A stretch of DNA of 64,000 bases. Source: an uncultured Candidatus Binatia bacterium (lineage in GTDB: Bacteria > Desulfobacterota > Binatia > Bin18). Of the stretch, positions 50,301 to 58,335 are shown one piece after another (the stretch's first letter is position 1; every line of letters begins with the position of its first letter). The stretch is from positions 3,488,001 to 3,552,000 of the forward strand of contig OZ241744.1 of NCBI GenBank assembly GCA_965200965.1. The letters are read 5' to 3'. Made by a program: the position numbers and the translations under genes. The notes under the pieces were generated by a model. It was not told the DNA's origin and made no database searches. It worked only from the letters and a program-made list of their open reading frames with translations.

Positions 50301-53300
50301 CGAGGAGGAAGCGCGGCGGGCGGCCGAGGAGGAAGCGCGGCGGGCGGCCGAGGAGGAAGCGCGGCGGGCGGCCGAGGAGGAAGCGCGGCGGGCGGCCGAG
50401 GAGGAAGCGCGGCGGGCGGCCGAGGAGGAAGCGCGGCGGGCGGCCGAGGAGGAAGCGCGGCGGGCGGCCGAGGAGGAAGCGCGGCGGGCGGCCGAGGAGG
50501 AAGCGCGGCGGGCGGCCGAGGAGGAAGCGCGGCGGGCGGCCGAGGAGGAAGCGCGGCGGGCGGCCGAGGAGGAAGCGCGGCGGGCGGCCGATACGACTTT
50601 ATCCGCCTTGTACGTCGCGGAAGCGGCGGACTCGATCAATCCGAAAACTCTGCCCGTGAAATTGATCGCGTTTTACTTGCCGCAATACCATCCGATTCCT
50701 GAAAACGACGAGTGGTGGGGGACAGGCTTCACCGAGTGGACGAACGTCACCAAAGCTAGGCCGAACTACGAAGGGCATTATCAGCCACGTCGACCCGCGG
50801 ACCTGGGCTTCTACGACCTGCGGGTGCCCGAGGTGATGGAGCAGCAGGCCGCTCTGGCGCGTCGCTACGGCCTCTCTGGGTTCTGTTACTACTACTATTG
50901 GTTCGAAGGGAAACGGCTGCTGGAAATGCCGCTGGAGCGCATGTTAGCGACCGGCCAGCCGGACTTTCCTTTCTGCCTGGCGTGGGCCAACGAGAACTGG
51001 ACCCGCCGCTGGGATGGTACCGAACGCGAGATTCTGCTCGCCCAGCACCACAGCGACGCGGACGATATGGCTGTCATCCGTGATCTGATGCGGTATTTCC
51101 GACATCCCAACTACATCCGCATCAACGGCAAGCCCTTGCTCCTGATCTATAGAATTGTCTTATTTTCCGATATCCGGCGCACGGTGACGCGCTGGCGGGA
51201 GGTGTGTCAACGGGAGGGGATTGGCGACATCTACCTAGCCATGAACGCGACATTTGAATACGTCGGTGCCGATGTAGACCCTGCTGTCTACGGCCTGGAT
51301 GCCGTTGTTGAACATCCTCCCCATTACAGGGAGACGCCTATTGAAATACCTGGCCGACGACTCAATCCAGACTATGTTGGGCGGGTTGTTGATTACTCAG
51401 AGTTCGCCAAGGTTTTTTTTGAAAGAGAATTCCCGGACCATGTCATAAGATTCCGCGGGGTGATGTCAAGTTGGGACAACACGCCTCGTCAGCAGAATAG
51501 GGCTAATATTTTTCACGGGTCCGACCCGGAGGCTTACCAGGCTTGGCTCCAAGCTGCCATCCGGCAGACAACTACCCGGTACTCGGGGGACGAGCGCTTG
51601 GTGTTTATCAACGGCTGGAACGAATGGGGAGAAGGATCGTACCTGGAACCGGATCGCAGATATGGGTTCGCCTACCTGGAGGCGACCCGAGCGGCACTCC
51701 TGGCCACGGGCGCGAAATTGCTGCCTGTCACTGTCCGGGAAGACCCGACGGGGTCTCCTGAAACGGTCGCTTGTCCTCGAGTCTCAATTATCGTCCCGAA
51801 CTATAACCATGAAAGATTCCTCAAACAACGGCTCGAAAGCATCTACTCGCAGCAGTTTACGGATTTTGAGGTCATCATCCTTGACGATGCATCCACCGAT
51901 GGAAGCATGGACATTATTGCGCAATATCAGGAGCGGTTTTCGAACAAGACAAGGGTGATCCGCAACCAGAAGAACTCCGGGAACCTGTTTTCACAGTGGC
52001 TCGCCGGACTCGACTTGGCTCAAGGAGAGCTTGTCTGGATCGCGGAAAGCGATGATTTCGCAGATGAGAATTTCCTGAGAGACATGGTTGCGGAGTTCTC
52101 TGACGAGGCCGTACTTCTGGCCTATGGAGACACCCAATATGTTAATACGGAAGGGGAGTTCGTTCCGGGCATATCCTCCTATCTTGAAGGCACTGGCTTC
52201 AATCAATGGAAAGACTCCTACAAAAAGTCTTCCTGGAGCGAATTCAATGGTCCCTTTGGCGTGAAGTGCATTATCGCCAATGTGTCTGGGACCGTTTTCA
52301 GAAAGCCTCTCCTTTCACCCCAGGAGCGCGAAACATTGGTCAAGTTTTTGATCTGTGGCGATTGGTATTTCTACAGCCTGATTGCAAGAGGGGGATATAT
52401 ATCCTTTGTCAAGAGCGCGAAGAACCATTTCCGCCTTCGTGACGACAGTAACTCGAGGAGTTCCTATGGCGGAAGACAGTTTTACAGTGAACATTTCGAC
52501 ATCCTATCAAATATCAAGAAGATCTACGGCGTTTCCGAGGCTATCGTCGAGCGGCATTTTCATGCGTTAGAGGAGGTGTATGCCGCCTGTGTGGAGCCGG
52601 GGCGATTCAGTCTTCACGAGGTCTTTCCATACCACGAGATAGTGGAGAAGCAAGATGGTTTCTTGCGGATATGCATTGCGAGTTTGGGCTTCTATTCTGG
52701 AGGCGGCGAGGTCGTGTCCATCGACCTTGCGAACAGGTTGCGTGCTTTGGGCCACAGTGTGACCTTCTTTGCCTTGGGATGGGAACTTGGTCAATTCAGT
52801 CAGGAACAGCGGAGGCGACTGCGTAGCGACATCCCCGTATGCTATCGGGAGACCATGCAGGGCACTTTCCAGGACCTGCAAGAGGAACTCGGTTGCCAGA
52901 TTCTGAATACGCACTGCATCAGCGTGGATCTCTTCTTATTTGAGGAGATGTACAACCCGCTGGGTCTTTGGGTACTGACCCAACACGGCTCATACGAGGC
53001 CCTTTTGAGTCCCGCGAATGGCCAGGCTGCGGATTTTTTCAGAAACTACGAGAAAGCCTTTCAGTTTGTGGATTTTGTCAAAAACAAGGTGGATCACTGG
53101 GTACTCGTGTCGAAAAAAAGCGTAGACATATTGTCATCTATGGGTATAGGCTCGACAGCCTCCACACACATACCAAATGGAGTCCCTGATCCCGTGAACA
53201 GCCTTTCTCTTAGGAAAATCAGCCGAGACGCCTTGAATATTCCAGCCGAGGCATTTGTTTTCATTATCGCTTCCAGAGCAATCCCGGAAAAAGGATGGGA

Positions 53301-53886
53301 ACACGCCATTTGCGCAATGGAGGCAACTCAAAAGCAAGCAAACCAAGAACTGTATTTGATCCTGCTCGGGGAGGGTCCAGAAGCCGATCGGCTCCGTAAC
53401 GAGAACATCGATCAACACCATCTTCGTTTTCTCGGTTATCAAGCCGATGTAGCGAGTTTCATTCGGCTCGCCGACGCCGGGGTGATGCCAACATATTATC
53501 AGGGAGAAACCAGCTCGCTTTTTGCGATGGAATGTCTCATGGAGGGGATTCCCGTTATTATCAGCGACGTATCCGATTGCCGGGATACGGTATCCGACGC
53601 CACCGGGAGGAGCGCCGGCATTGTGATCAGGCCCAAGAAATCGTCTGCGACATTTGAGAGCGATCTCTCCAAGGCAATGATTTGCCTTGTGAATTCACGC
53701 CAGGCTTACCGGGAGATGTGTTCCGTGGCGGTCAGGATGAAGCAAAAATTTCTCCTGGATACAAATGTCCAGCGCTATGAAGAACTCTTTTCCAAACTCC
53801 AATCAGGCGCTTCTTGTAACTTGAACTCAAGAAAGCAAGCAGATTGGGAGGAGATGGCAGAGGTGAATAATGCGAAATCTGCGTAG
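47308..53886 (+). CDS. Giant multidomain glycan-synthesis protein: sulfotransferase-like + helical repeats + WbsX/GH99-like + GT2 + GT4
   Basis: VLGMHRSGTS...LKDPR; repeats; SWRIAAPLR; IAFYLPQYHPIPENDEWWG; SIIVPNYNH...DDASTD...ESDD; GGGE...SRAIPEKG GT-B. Confidence 0.9.
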   Translation: MQIIVLGMHRSGTSVLTRLLNLMGASVGVEGNLIEPTGENAKGYWERLDIYALHQEVLTAVGADWYKVSQFEPGRLSAEQRAAFSARARNILSKLDAHRPWVLKDPRLCVLLPLWQELLEAPIYVHIWRNPLEVAQSLRTWKGFPIRFGIALWEQHNLAALHHTRGFPRLLVSHRDLMQRPVQTVRTFYKDLVALGVPRLGCPGEREITSFIEAALYRERGGIKCQKQFVNQAQAKLLRALEKRRVLQWKSLPALSAGSHETLVEYEERAAAEARRAAEVEALEGRVGAAEAARAAEVGELQGQVAAAEARRAAEVEALEGRVGAAEAARAAEVGELQGQVAAAEARRAAEVEALEGRVGAAEAARAAEVGELQGQVAAAEARRAAEVEALEGRVGAAEAARAAEVGELQGQVAAAEARRAAEVEALEGRVGAAEAARAAEVEALEGRVGAAEAARAAEVGELQGQVAAAEARRAAEVEALEGRVGAAEARRAAEVEALEGRVGVAEAARAAEVGELQGQVAAAEARRAAEVEALEGRVGAAEAARAAEVGELQGQVAAAEARRAAEVEALEGRVGAAEARRAAEVEALEGRVGVAEAARAAEVGELQGQVAAAEARRAAEVEALEGRVGAAEAARAAEVGELQGQVAAAEARRAAEVEALEGRVGAAEARRAAEVGELQGQVAAAEARRAAEVEALEGRVGAAEARRAAEVEALEGRVGAAEAARAAEVGELQGQVAAAEARRAAEVEALEGRVGAAEARRAAEVEALEGRVGAAEARRAAEVEALEGRVGAAEAARAAEVGELQGQVAAAEARRAAEVEASEQTAATEREAIIALFHNSHSWRIAAPLRVIGRVWRAIGWRGRGLLSQIARPIYYRAPLPFATKVWLKESLFTVAPLLFRHTIAYRDWTQSRAAEVIALREELATSEARRAAEEEARRAAEEEARRAAEEEARRAAEEEARRAAEEEARRAAEEEARRAAEEEARRAAEEEARRAAEEEARRAAEEEARRAAEEEARRAAEEEARRAAEEEARRAAEEEARRAAEEEARRAAEEEARRAAEEEARRAAEEEARRAAEEEARRAAEEEARRAADTTLSALYVAEAADSINPKTLPVKLIAFYLPQYHPIPENDEWWGTGFTEWTNVTKARPNYEGHYQPRRPADLGFYDLRVPEVMEQQAALARRYGLSGFCYYYYWFEGKRLLEMPLERMLATGQPDFPFCLAWANENWTRRWDGTEREILLAQHHSDADDMAVIRDLMRYFRHPNYIRINGKPLLLIYRIVLFSDIRRTVTRWREVCQREGIGDIYLAMNATFEYVGADVDPAVYGLDAVVEHPPHYRETPIEIPGRRLNPDYVGRVVDYSEFAKVFFEREFPDHVIRFRGVMSSWDNTPRQQNRANIFHGSDPEAYQAWLQAAIRQTTTRYSGDERLVFINGWNEWGEGSYLEPDRRYGFAYLEATRAALLATGAKLLPVTVREDPTGSPETVACPRVSIIVPNYNHERFLKQRLESIYSQQFTDFEVIILDDASTDGSMDIIAQYQERFSNKTRVIRNQKNSGNLFSQWLAGLDLAQGELVWIAESDDFADENFLRDMVAEFSDEAVLLAYGDTQYVNTEGEFVPGISSYLEGTGFNQWKDSYKKSSWSEFNGPFGVKCIIANVSGTVFRKPLLSPQERETLVKFLICGDWYFYSLIARGGYISFVKSAKNHFRLRDDSNSRSSYGGRQFYSEHFDILSNIKKIYGVSEAIVERHFHALEEVYAACVEPGRFSLHEVFPYHEIVEKQDGFLRICIASLGFYSGGGEVVSIDLANRLRALGHSVTFFALGWELGQFSQEQRRRLRSDIPVCYRETMQGTFQDLQEELGCQILNTHCISVDLFLFEEMYNPLGLWVLTQHGSYEALLSPANGQAADFFRNYEKAFQFVDFVKNKVDHWVLVSKKSVDILSSMGIGSTASTHIPNGVPDPVNSLSLRKISRDALNIPAEAFVFIIASRAIPEKGWEHAICAMEATQKQANQELYLILLGEGPEADRLRNENIDQHHLRFLGYQADVASFIRLADAGVMPTYYQGETSSLFAMECLMEGIPVIISDVSDCRDTVSDATGRSAGIVIRPKKSSATFESDLSKAMICLVNSRQAYREMCSVAVRMKQKFLLDTNVQRYEELFSKLQSGASCNLNSRKQADWEEMAEVNNAKSA
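48118..49773 (+). repeat. 54-bp coding tandem array, 30 full units plus a partial, two alternating variants
   Basis: AAEARRAAEVEALEGRVG / AAEAARAAEVGELQGQVA, near-identical at the DNA level. Confidence 0.95.
50095..50591 (+). repeat. 24-bp perfect coding tandem array, 20 units plus a partial
   Basis: GCGCGGCGGGCGGCCGAGGAGGAA, encoding ARRAAEEE. Confidence 0.97.
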
Positions 53887-53929
53887 AGCAGAGGGTCAAC
53901 GGGCTGACAGCGGGCTGATATTGCGCCCG

Positions 53930-54154
53930 GCTTGCGCACGTCACCAGATAATCTCCGATCAGGCATGGACTGATTTGTTGATCCGCAGCATTAGTGAATC
54001 AGTCATTGACGGAACCCGCTTTCCGGCGTTTTCGAAAGAGGAGCTACAAGATGTGGGTTGGGGTCGACACCTTCGTTTTTTGGCGTGATATCGACCCTAA
54101 TAACCGGGTTGCGTTTTTATCGGCACCACGAACACAATCCGCTATATCGACTGG
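53930..54154 (+). pseudogene. Degraded 5' part of a class I methyltransferase-like domain
   Basis: SISESVIDGTRFPAF..EELQ then GWGRHLRF / FWRDID split across frames. Confidence 0.4.
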
Positions 54155-55300
54155 ATGGCTTCTCCGGACAGGGAAATAAACGAATTGAATCTCCGGTACC
54201 TGAAGATCGCAAGAGACGCCGCCGGAGATATTGATGTGTTGAAAGAGAGATTTAACGCCGGTCAGCATGTGTTTATTCCGAAGTGCCCCAGACCCAGATC
54301 TCAAACCCTTGGAACATACGAGGAAGCGATTATTTCAGCAAAGCACATAAAGTCCAGATGGTGTTCGTTCTTTTCCGTCCACGAATATATCGACGATCCA
54401 GAGCCATGCGACGAAACCGTGGCCATTTTGTTAGAAAGCGCTCTCCAGATAAAAGAAAATCAGCGTCCAGATTCGGGTACATCAGCGAAGAAGCCTGGGA
54501 ATCGGGAGAGAGCAATACATAAACTCATCAACCTGCCCGCACTGCGGACCGCTTTTGAAAGTTTCAGCGGGAATACGCCTTTCAACCATTGCGTGTGCGA
54601 TGGATTTTTTCGGAGCGAGATCGTCCACGCCCTCGAACAAGACTTTCCCCCCTACGAAGATACAATCTGGCACGAGTACGACAACGCCGTTGAGAAGAAA
54701 AAGTCGACAAATATCTGGAACTTTTTTCCTCCTACAACCTATAGGATATTCTCTGTCCTCACTAGTCCAGAGTTTCTGCGTGTCATTGCCGAATTGACCG
54801 GCATCGTTCCCCTCTTTGCCGACCCGGGCCTCAACAGCGGCGGGTGGCATATCCTCAAAAAAGGCGGGAAGCTCAACCCTCATCTCGATTTCAATATCCA
54901 TCCGAAATCAGGCTTGCAGCGAAAACTTAATCTCGTCGTTTTTCTGCCCCTGGAGTGGCGGTCGGAGTGGGGCGGTGAACTCGGCTTCTGGGAGGCAGAC
55001 CAGGCAAAAAGTGCCCCGGGCCGGCTGCTCAAAACTATTCCTCCCCAATTCAATCGGGCCGTGTTCTTTGACACCACCCAGCAGAGTTGGCACGGCCTGT
55101 CCAGCCCGGTCCAGTGCCCAGAGGGTGTTTTTCGCAAAAGTCTGTCGGTCTGCTATCTCACCGACCCCCCACCTGAAACAGACCACAGGGGCAAAGCGCA
55201 CTTTGCCCCGACACAGGAACAAGAGGGCGACCGAGCGGTGGCCGAGTTGATTCAAAAGCGCGCCTCAGTCTCGACCGCATCGTCGGTCTACAAGCCCTGA
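54155..55300 (+). CDS. 2OG-Fe(II) oxygenase (prolyl-hydroxylase-like) with an N-terminal extension
   Basis: LNPHLDFN (HxD), SWHG and RKS motifs. Confidence 0.85.
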   Translation: MASPDREINELNLRYLKIARDAAGDIDVLKERFNAGQHVFIPKCPRPRSQTLGTYEEAIISAKHIKSRWCSFFSVHEYIDDPEPCDETVAILLESALQIKENQRPDSGTSAKKPGNRERAIHKLINLPALRTAFESFSGNTPFNHCVCDGFFRSEIVHALEQDFPPYEDTIWHEYDNAVEKKKSTNIWNFFPPTTYRIFSVLTSPEFLRVIAELTGIVPLFADPGLNSGGWHILKKGGKLNPHLDFNIHPKSGLQRKLNLVVFLPLEWRSEWGGELGFWEADQAKSAPGRLLKTIPPQFNRAVFFDTTQQSWHGLSSPVQCPEGVFRKSLSVCYLTDPPPETDHRGKAHFAPTQEQEGDRAVAELIQKRASVSTASSVYKP

Positions 55301-55474
55301 GCGTCTCTCTTCCCAGCACACAAAATTGCCTGCGCCAACGGTCCGGATTATGGGCGAGGCCTCCGTCTCATTCAGGGGAAAGATATTGCCCCTCTCGCCG
55401 GTATAGGCGAGCCGTGGGGCTTGGGGCGATGCTGCGGCGGCCATAGACCCTCCCGTTCAGTCAGAACAATGACA

Positions 55475-56167
55475 TCAGCGTTTGGCTCCCTCCAGGACGA
55501 TCAGCGCTTGTCTGGGCGCGTGCTCGTGGCGCAACAGGATATATAGCGCACCCGGCCCCCCGTCGTAGGCCCGGGCGGTGGCAAAGGCCAGCACGACCTT
55601 GGCCAGCAGGCCGCTGGTCAGCCAGTATTTCAGCCGGTCTTTCAGCACCGGCGTCTGGCCGGGCGAGTTGCGGCCGCGGCCGTGGATGACCAGAATACAG
55701 CGCAGGCCGGCGCACAGTGCCCCAAGCACAAAGCGTTTGACCTCGGCCTCGGCCTCATCGGCCGTCATGCCGTGCAGGTCCAGCGAGGCTTGGCGGGAAA
55801 AAGCCCCCTGGCGAAGTTTATGAACCAGCCGGGTATCCAGACCCACCACACAGCCCTCGATGTATTCGTCGGTATCGGTGACATCAAACTCAGACCGGCC
55901 GGCAACCAAGTCATACAGTTCGGCCAGCGCCTCGTTTTCCTCATCAATCAGGCTGCGGCGGACAATGGCCGGGGATGGACGGCTGACCCGTGCGCAGTCG
56001 TCCTTGTTGAGCGGGGTCACATCTTTCATTTCTTGCTGGAACAATTCGGCGTCGTCGGCCGCCTTTTGGACCCGGAGTATAGGAGAGCGCGGCTTAGGAG
56101 TGGCCTGGGCCTGCCGTTTGCGAGCCTGCTTGCGCAGGCGACGAAAAGGAGCGTTGAAGCCTGCCAT
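55475..56167 (-). CDS. Smr/MutS2-domain protein
   Basis: LDLHGMT, IHGRGRNS, DGGPGALYILL; ATG at 56167. Confidence 0.9.
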   Translation of the reverse strand: MAGFNAPFRRLRKQARKRQAQATPKPRSPILRVQKAADDAELFQQEMKDVTPLNKDDCARVSRPSPAIVRRSLIDEENEALAELYDLVAGRSEFDVTDTDEYIEGCVVGLDTRLVHKLRQGAFSRQASLDLHGMTADEAEAEVKRFVLGALCAGLRCILVIHGRGRNSPGQTPVLKDRLKYWLTSGLLAKVVLAFATARAYDGGPGALYILLRHEHAPRQALIVLEGAKR

Positions 56168-56222
56168 GCGTGTGGATACTACACCCGAAGGAAGGCCAGA
56201 ACAAGCGCGCCGCGCCCGGCCC

Positions 56223-56549
56223 TCAGCCCATTTCTTTGAGCATCCAGGCCAGATAGCCGGCCGACCCGGCAGCAGCGGCGGGCTGATGACCTCCGGTACC
56301 TCGTAGGAGTGCAGGGCACGCACCCTGGCTTCAACCGCGGCAAATCGCTCTGGGCGGGTTTTCATCACCAACAGCCACTCGCGGTCGTCCGCATAGTGCC
56401 CTCCCGGAGGTACAAGGAGCGGACGGGGCTGAGTATGTTGACACACGCCACCAGCCCTTCTTTGAGCAGAGCGGTGGCGATCGTTTCGGCCTCGGCCTCT
56501 GAGCCGGTAGTGACCAGGACGACGCAGGCGTGGCGTGAAGGTCTGTCAT
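56223..56549 (-). pseudogene. cutA: Divalent-cation tolerance protein CutA, frameshifted
   Basis: VVLVTT...LVACVNIL..VRSLY / EWLLVMKT...LHSYEVPEVI / YLAW split across several frames. Confidence 0.8.
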
Positions 56550-56579
56550 GGGGCTTGTGTCTGTTCCTGGCTGAGCCGC

Positions 56580-56800
56580 TGTCTGAGTTCGGCAGCCTCA
56601 GCCCATACCTGAAGGCGCGCTGACCATTGGTGCACAGCAGCGGGATCTCAAGGCCAAAGCGGGCGCTCAGCTCAGGGTCGGCTGATATGTCGATAGTCTC
56701 CAGCCGAAACGGCGTATCGGCCTGGACTTCAAGCAGGGTGGCTGTCATGGTCTGGCACAGGGAGCAGCCGGGGCGGGTGTCGAGCGTCAGGCGGGGCAGG
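56580..56800 (-). pseudogene. Glutaredoxin-like (DUF836) protein lacking a clear start and stop
   Basis: LTLDTRPGCSLC...IDISADPEL..RFGLEIP; the frame runs on into cutA. Confidence 0.65.
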
Positions 56801-58144
56801 GTGGTGCCTGCTGGAGCGGGGCGGCCGTTGGACCGCGGCGGCTAGGCTGTGTTCAATCCGCACCTGCTGGGCGTGGTGGTTGTCGGTCTTGAGCACGGTA
56901 ATACGCAGCCCGTCCCGTTCGCACGCCTCAGAGACTTCCGGAATACGGCCAAACCATTTGTTGATCAGGCCGTTCAGGGTAGTGTAGTCGCTGGCCTCGG
57001 GCAGCTGAAAGGCGTCAATCCGATCGTTGACATCCGAGATGGTCAGCGAACCCTGGACGACATACTGCCCCTCGGCCAGCCTCTCGACCCCGGCCGCTTC
57101 GTTATCGTACTCATCCTGGATTTCGCCCACCAGCTCTTCCAGGATATCTTCCATTGTCACCAGCCCGGCAGTGCTGCCGAACTCATCAACCACAATCGCC
57201 AGATGCTCCTTACGACGCTGGAACTCGCGCAGCAACCGCGAGATCGGTTTGGTCTCGGGCACAAAAAAGGCCGGTCGCAGGATGTCCTGGAGGACGATCA
57301 GCTCTTTGTGCTCCAGCAGCGGAAACAGGTCCTTGGCGTGGACAATGCCGCAGATGTCATCGAGGCTGCCGTCGTACAGGGGCATCCGGGTATAGCCCTC
57401 TTCAACCATCGTCCTGAGGAGCTGGCTGGAGGAGGCGTGGATGTCGAGGGCGACGATATGCGTCCGGGCCACCATGATCTCTTTGACGACCGTCTCGCTG
57501 AACTCAAACACGTTTTCGATCAGCTCGTGCTCGGCCTCCTCAATCGCTCCGTCCTCGCGGCCCCGCTCCAGCAGCAGGCGGAGTTCCTGGCCCGATCGGT
57601 AGTGTGACGCCTCGCTGGCCGGCTCAATGCTGAGCAGCCACAAGACCGTGTTGGCCGTCCAGTTGAGAGCGCTGATGACCGGAAACAGCAGCATCGAGAA
57701 CAGCCACAGGGGGAAGGCCACGGCCAGGGCGGTAGGTCGCGGCCGCTGGATGGCCAGCGCTTTGGGGGCCAGTTCACCAAACACAATATGCAGAAAGCTC
57801 AGTAGCAGAAAGGCCACCGGCAGAGCCAGGGTATGGGCCAGTTGGGGGTCGGGGTGCAGGCCGACCAGGGCGGTGGCACCAAGAATCAGGCCGGCGACGA
57901 CCGGCTCGCCGATCCAGCCCAGACCGAGCGAGGCCAGGGTGATACCGAGCTGGATGGCCGACAGGTAGCCGTCCAGATGGTCAATCAGGTGTTGGGCTAG
58001 GCGTGCCGTCCTCTTGCCGGTCTGGACCAGCAGTTCGATCTGTGAGGCGCGGACTTTGACCAGGGCGAACTCCGCGGCCACAAAGAAGGCGTTGGCCAAC
58101 ACCAGCAGCAGGGTAAGAAGAATGCCGAGAAGCGGACTGTTCAT
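56729..58144 (-). CDS. Hemolysin-family CNNM/CBS/CorC protein
   Basis: FFVAAEFALV, QLGITLASLGLG, GELAPK, VDEFG, EDILEELVGEI; C-terminus may be a read-through. Confidence 0.92.
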   Translation of the reverse strand: MNSPLLGILLTLLLVLANAFFVAAEFALVKVRASQIELLVQTGKRTARLAQHLIDHLDGYLSAIQLGITLASLGLGWIGEPVVAGLILGATALVGLHPDPQLAHTLALPVAFLLLSFLHIVFGELAPKALAIQRPRPTALAVAFPLWLFSMLLFPVISALNWTANTVLWLLSIEPASEASHYRSGQELRLLLERGREDGAIEEAEHELIENVFEFSETVVKEIMVARTHIVALDIHASSSQLLRTMVEEGYTRMPLYDGSLDDICGIVHAKDLFPLLEHKELIVLQDILRPAFFVPETKPISRLLREFQRRKEHLAIVVDEFGSTAGLVTMEDILEELVGEIQDEYDNEAAGVERLAEGQYVVQGSLTISDVNDRIDAFQLPEASDYTTLNGLINKWFGRIPEVSEACERDGLRITVLKTDNHHAQQVRIEHSLAAAVQRPPRSSRHHPAPPDARHPPRLLPVPDHDSHPA

Positions 58145-58335
58145 GGCACTCTTTCATCAAAGACGCATCGTCGTATCCGGTCAAGAGGAAGGCAAGGCGA
58201 TACGCCCTTTCTCCCACGGGGAGGGGGACACCAGCGCAGTCAGCCTCGGGCGGCTACTTTGAGATGGAGGGTCATCCATAAGCTGAGGTTCAGCGTAGTA
58301 TGAGAGGCGCTTTTCTTGCAAGAGGGCCGGACAGG

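Noticed and set aside
48118-50591. Repeat arrays as CRISPR
   Set aside because: Head-to-tail units with no unique spacers, in frame within a CDS, and no cas genes in the window
50025-50659. Protamine-like (RRKRGGRP)n ORF and antisense (ARRASSSA)n ORF
   Set aside because: Alternative frames of the 24-bp repeat; the domain-bearing frame is the 47308-53886 gene
55475-56446. 323-aa CutA-Smr fusion
   Set aside because: An artefact of cutA frameshifts; Smr has its own ATG at 56167
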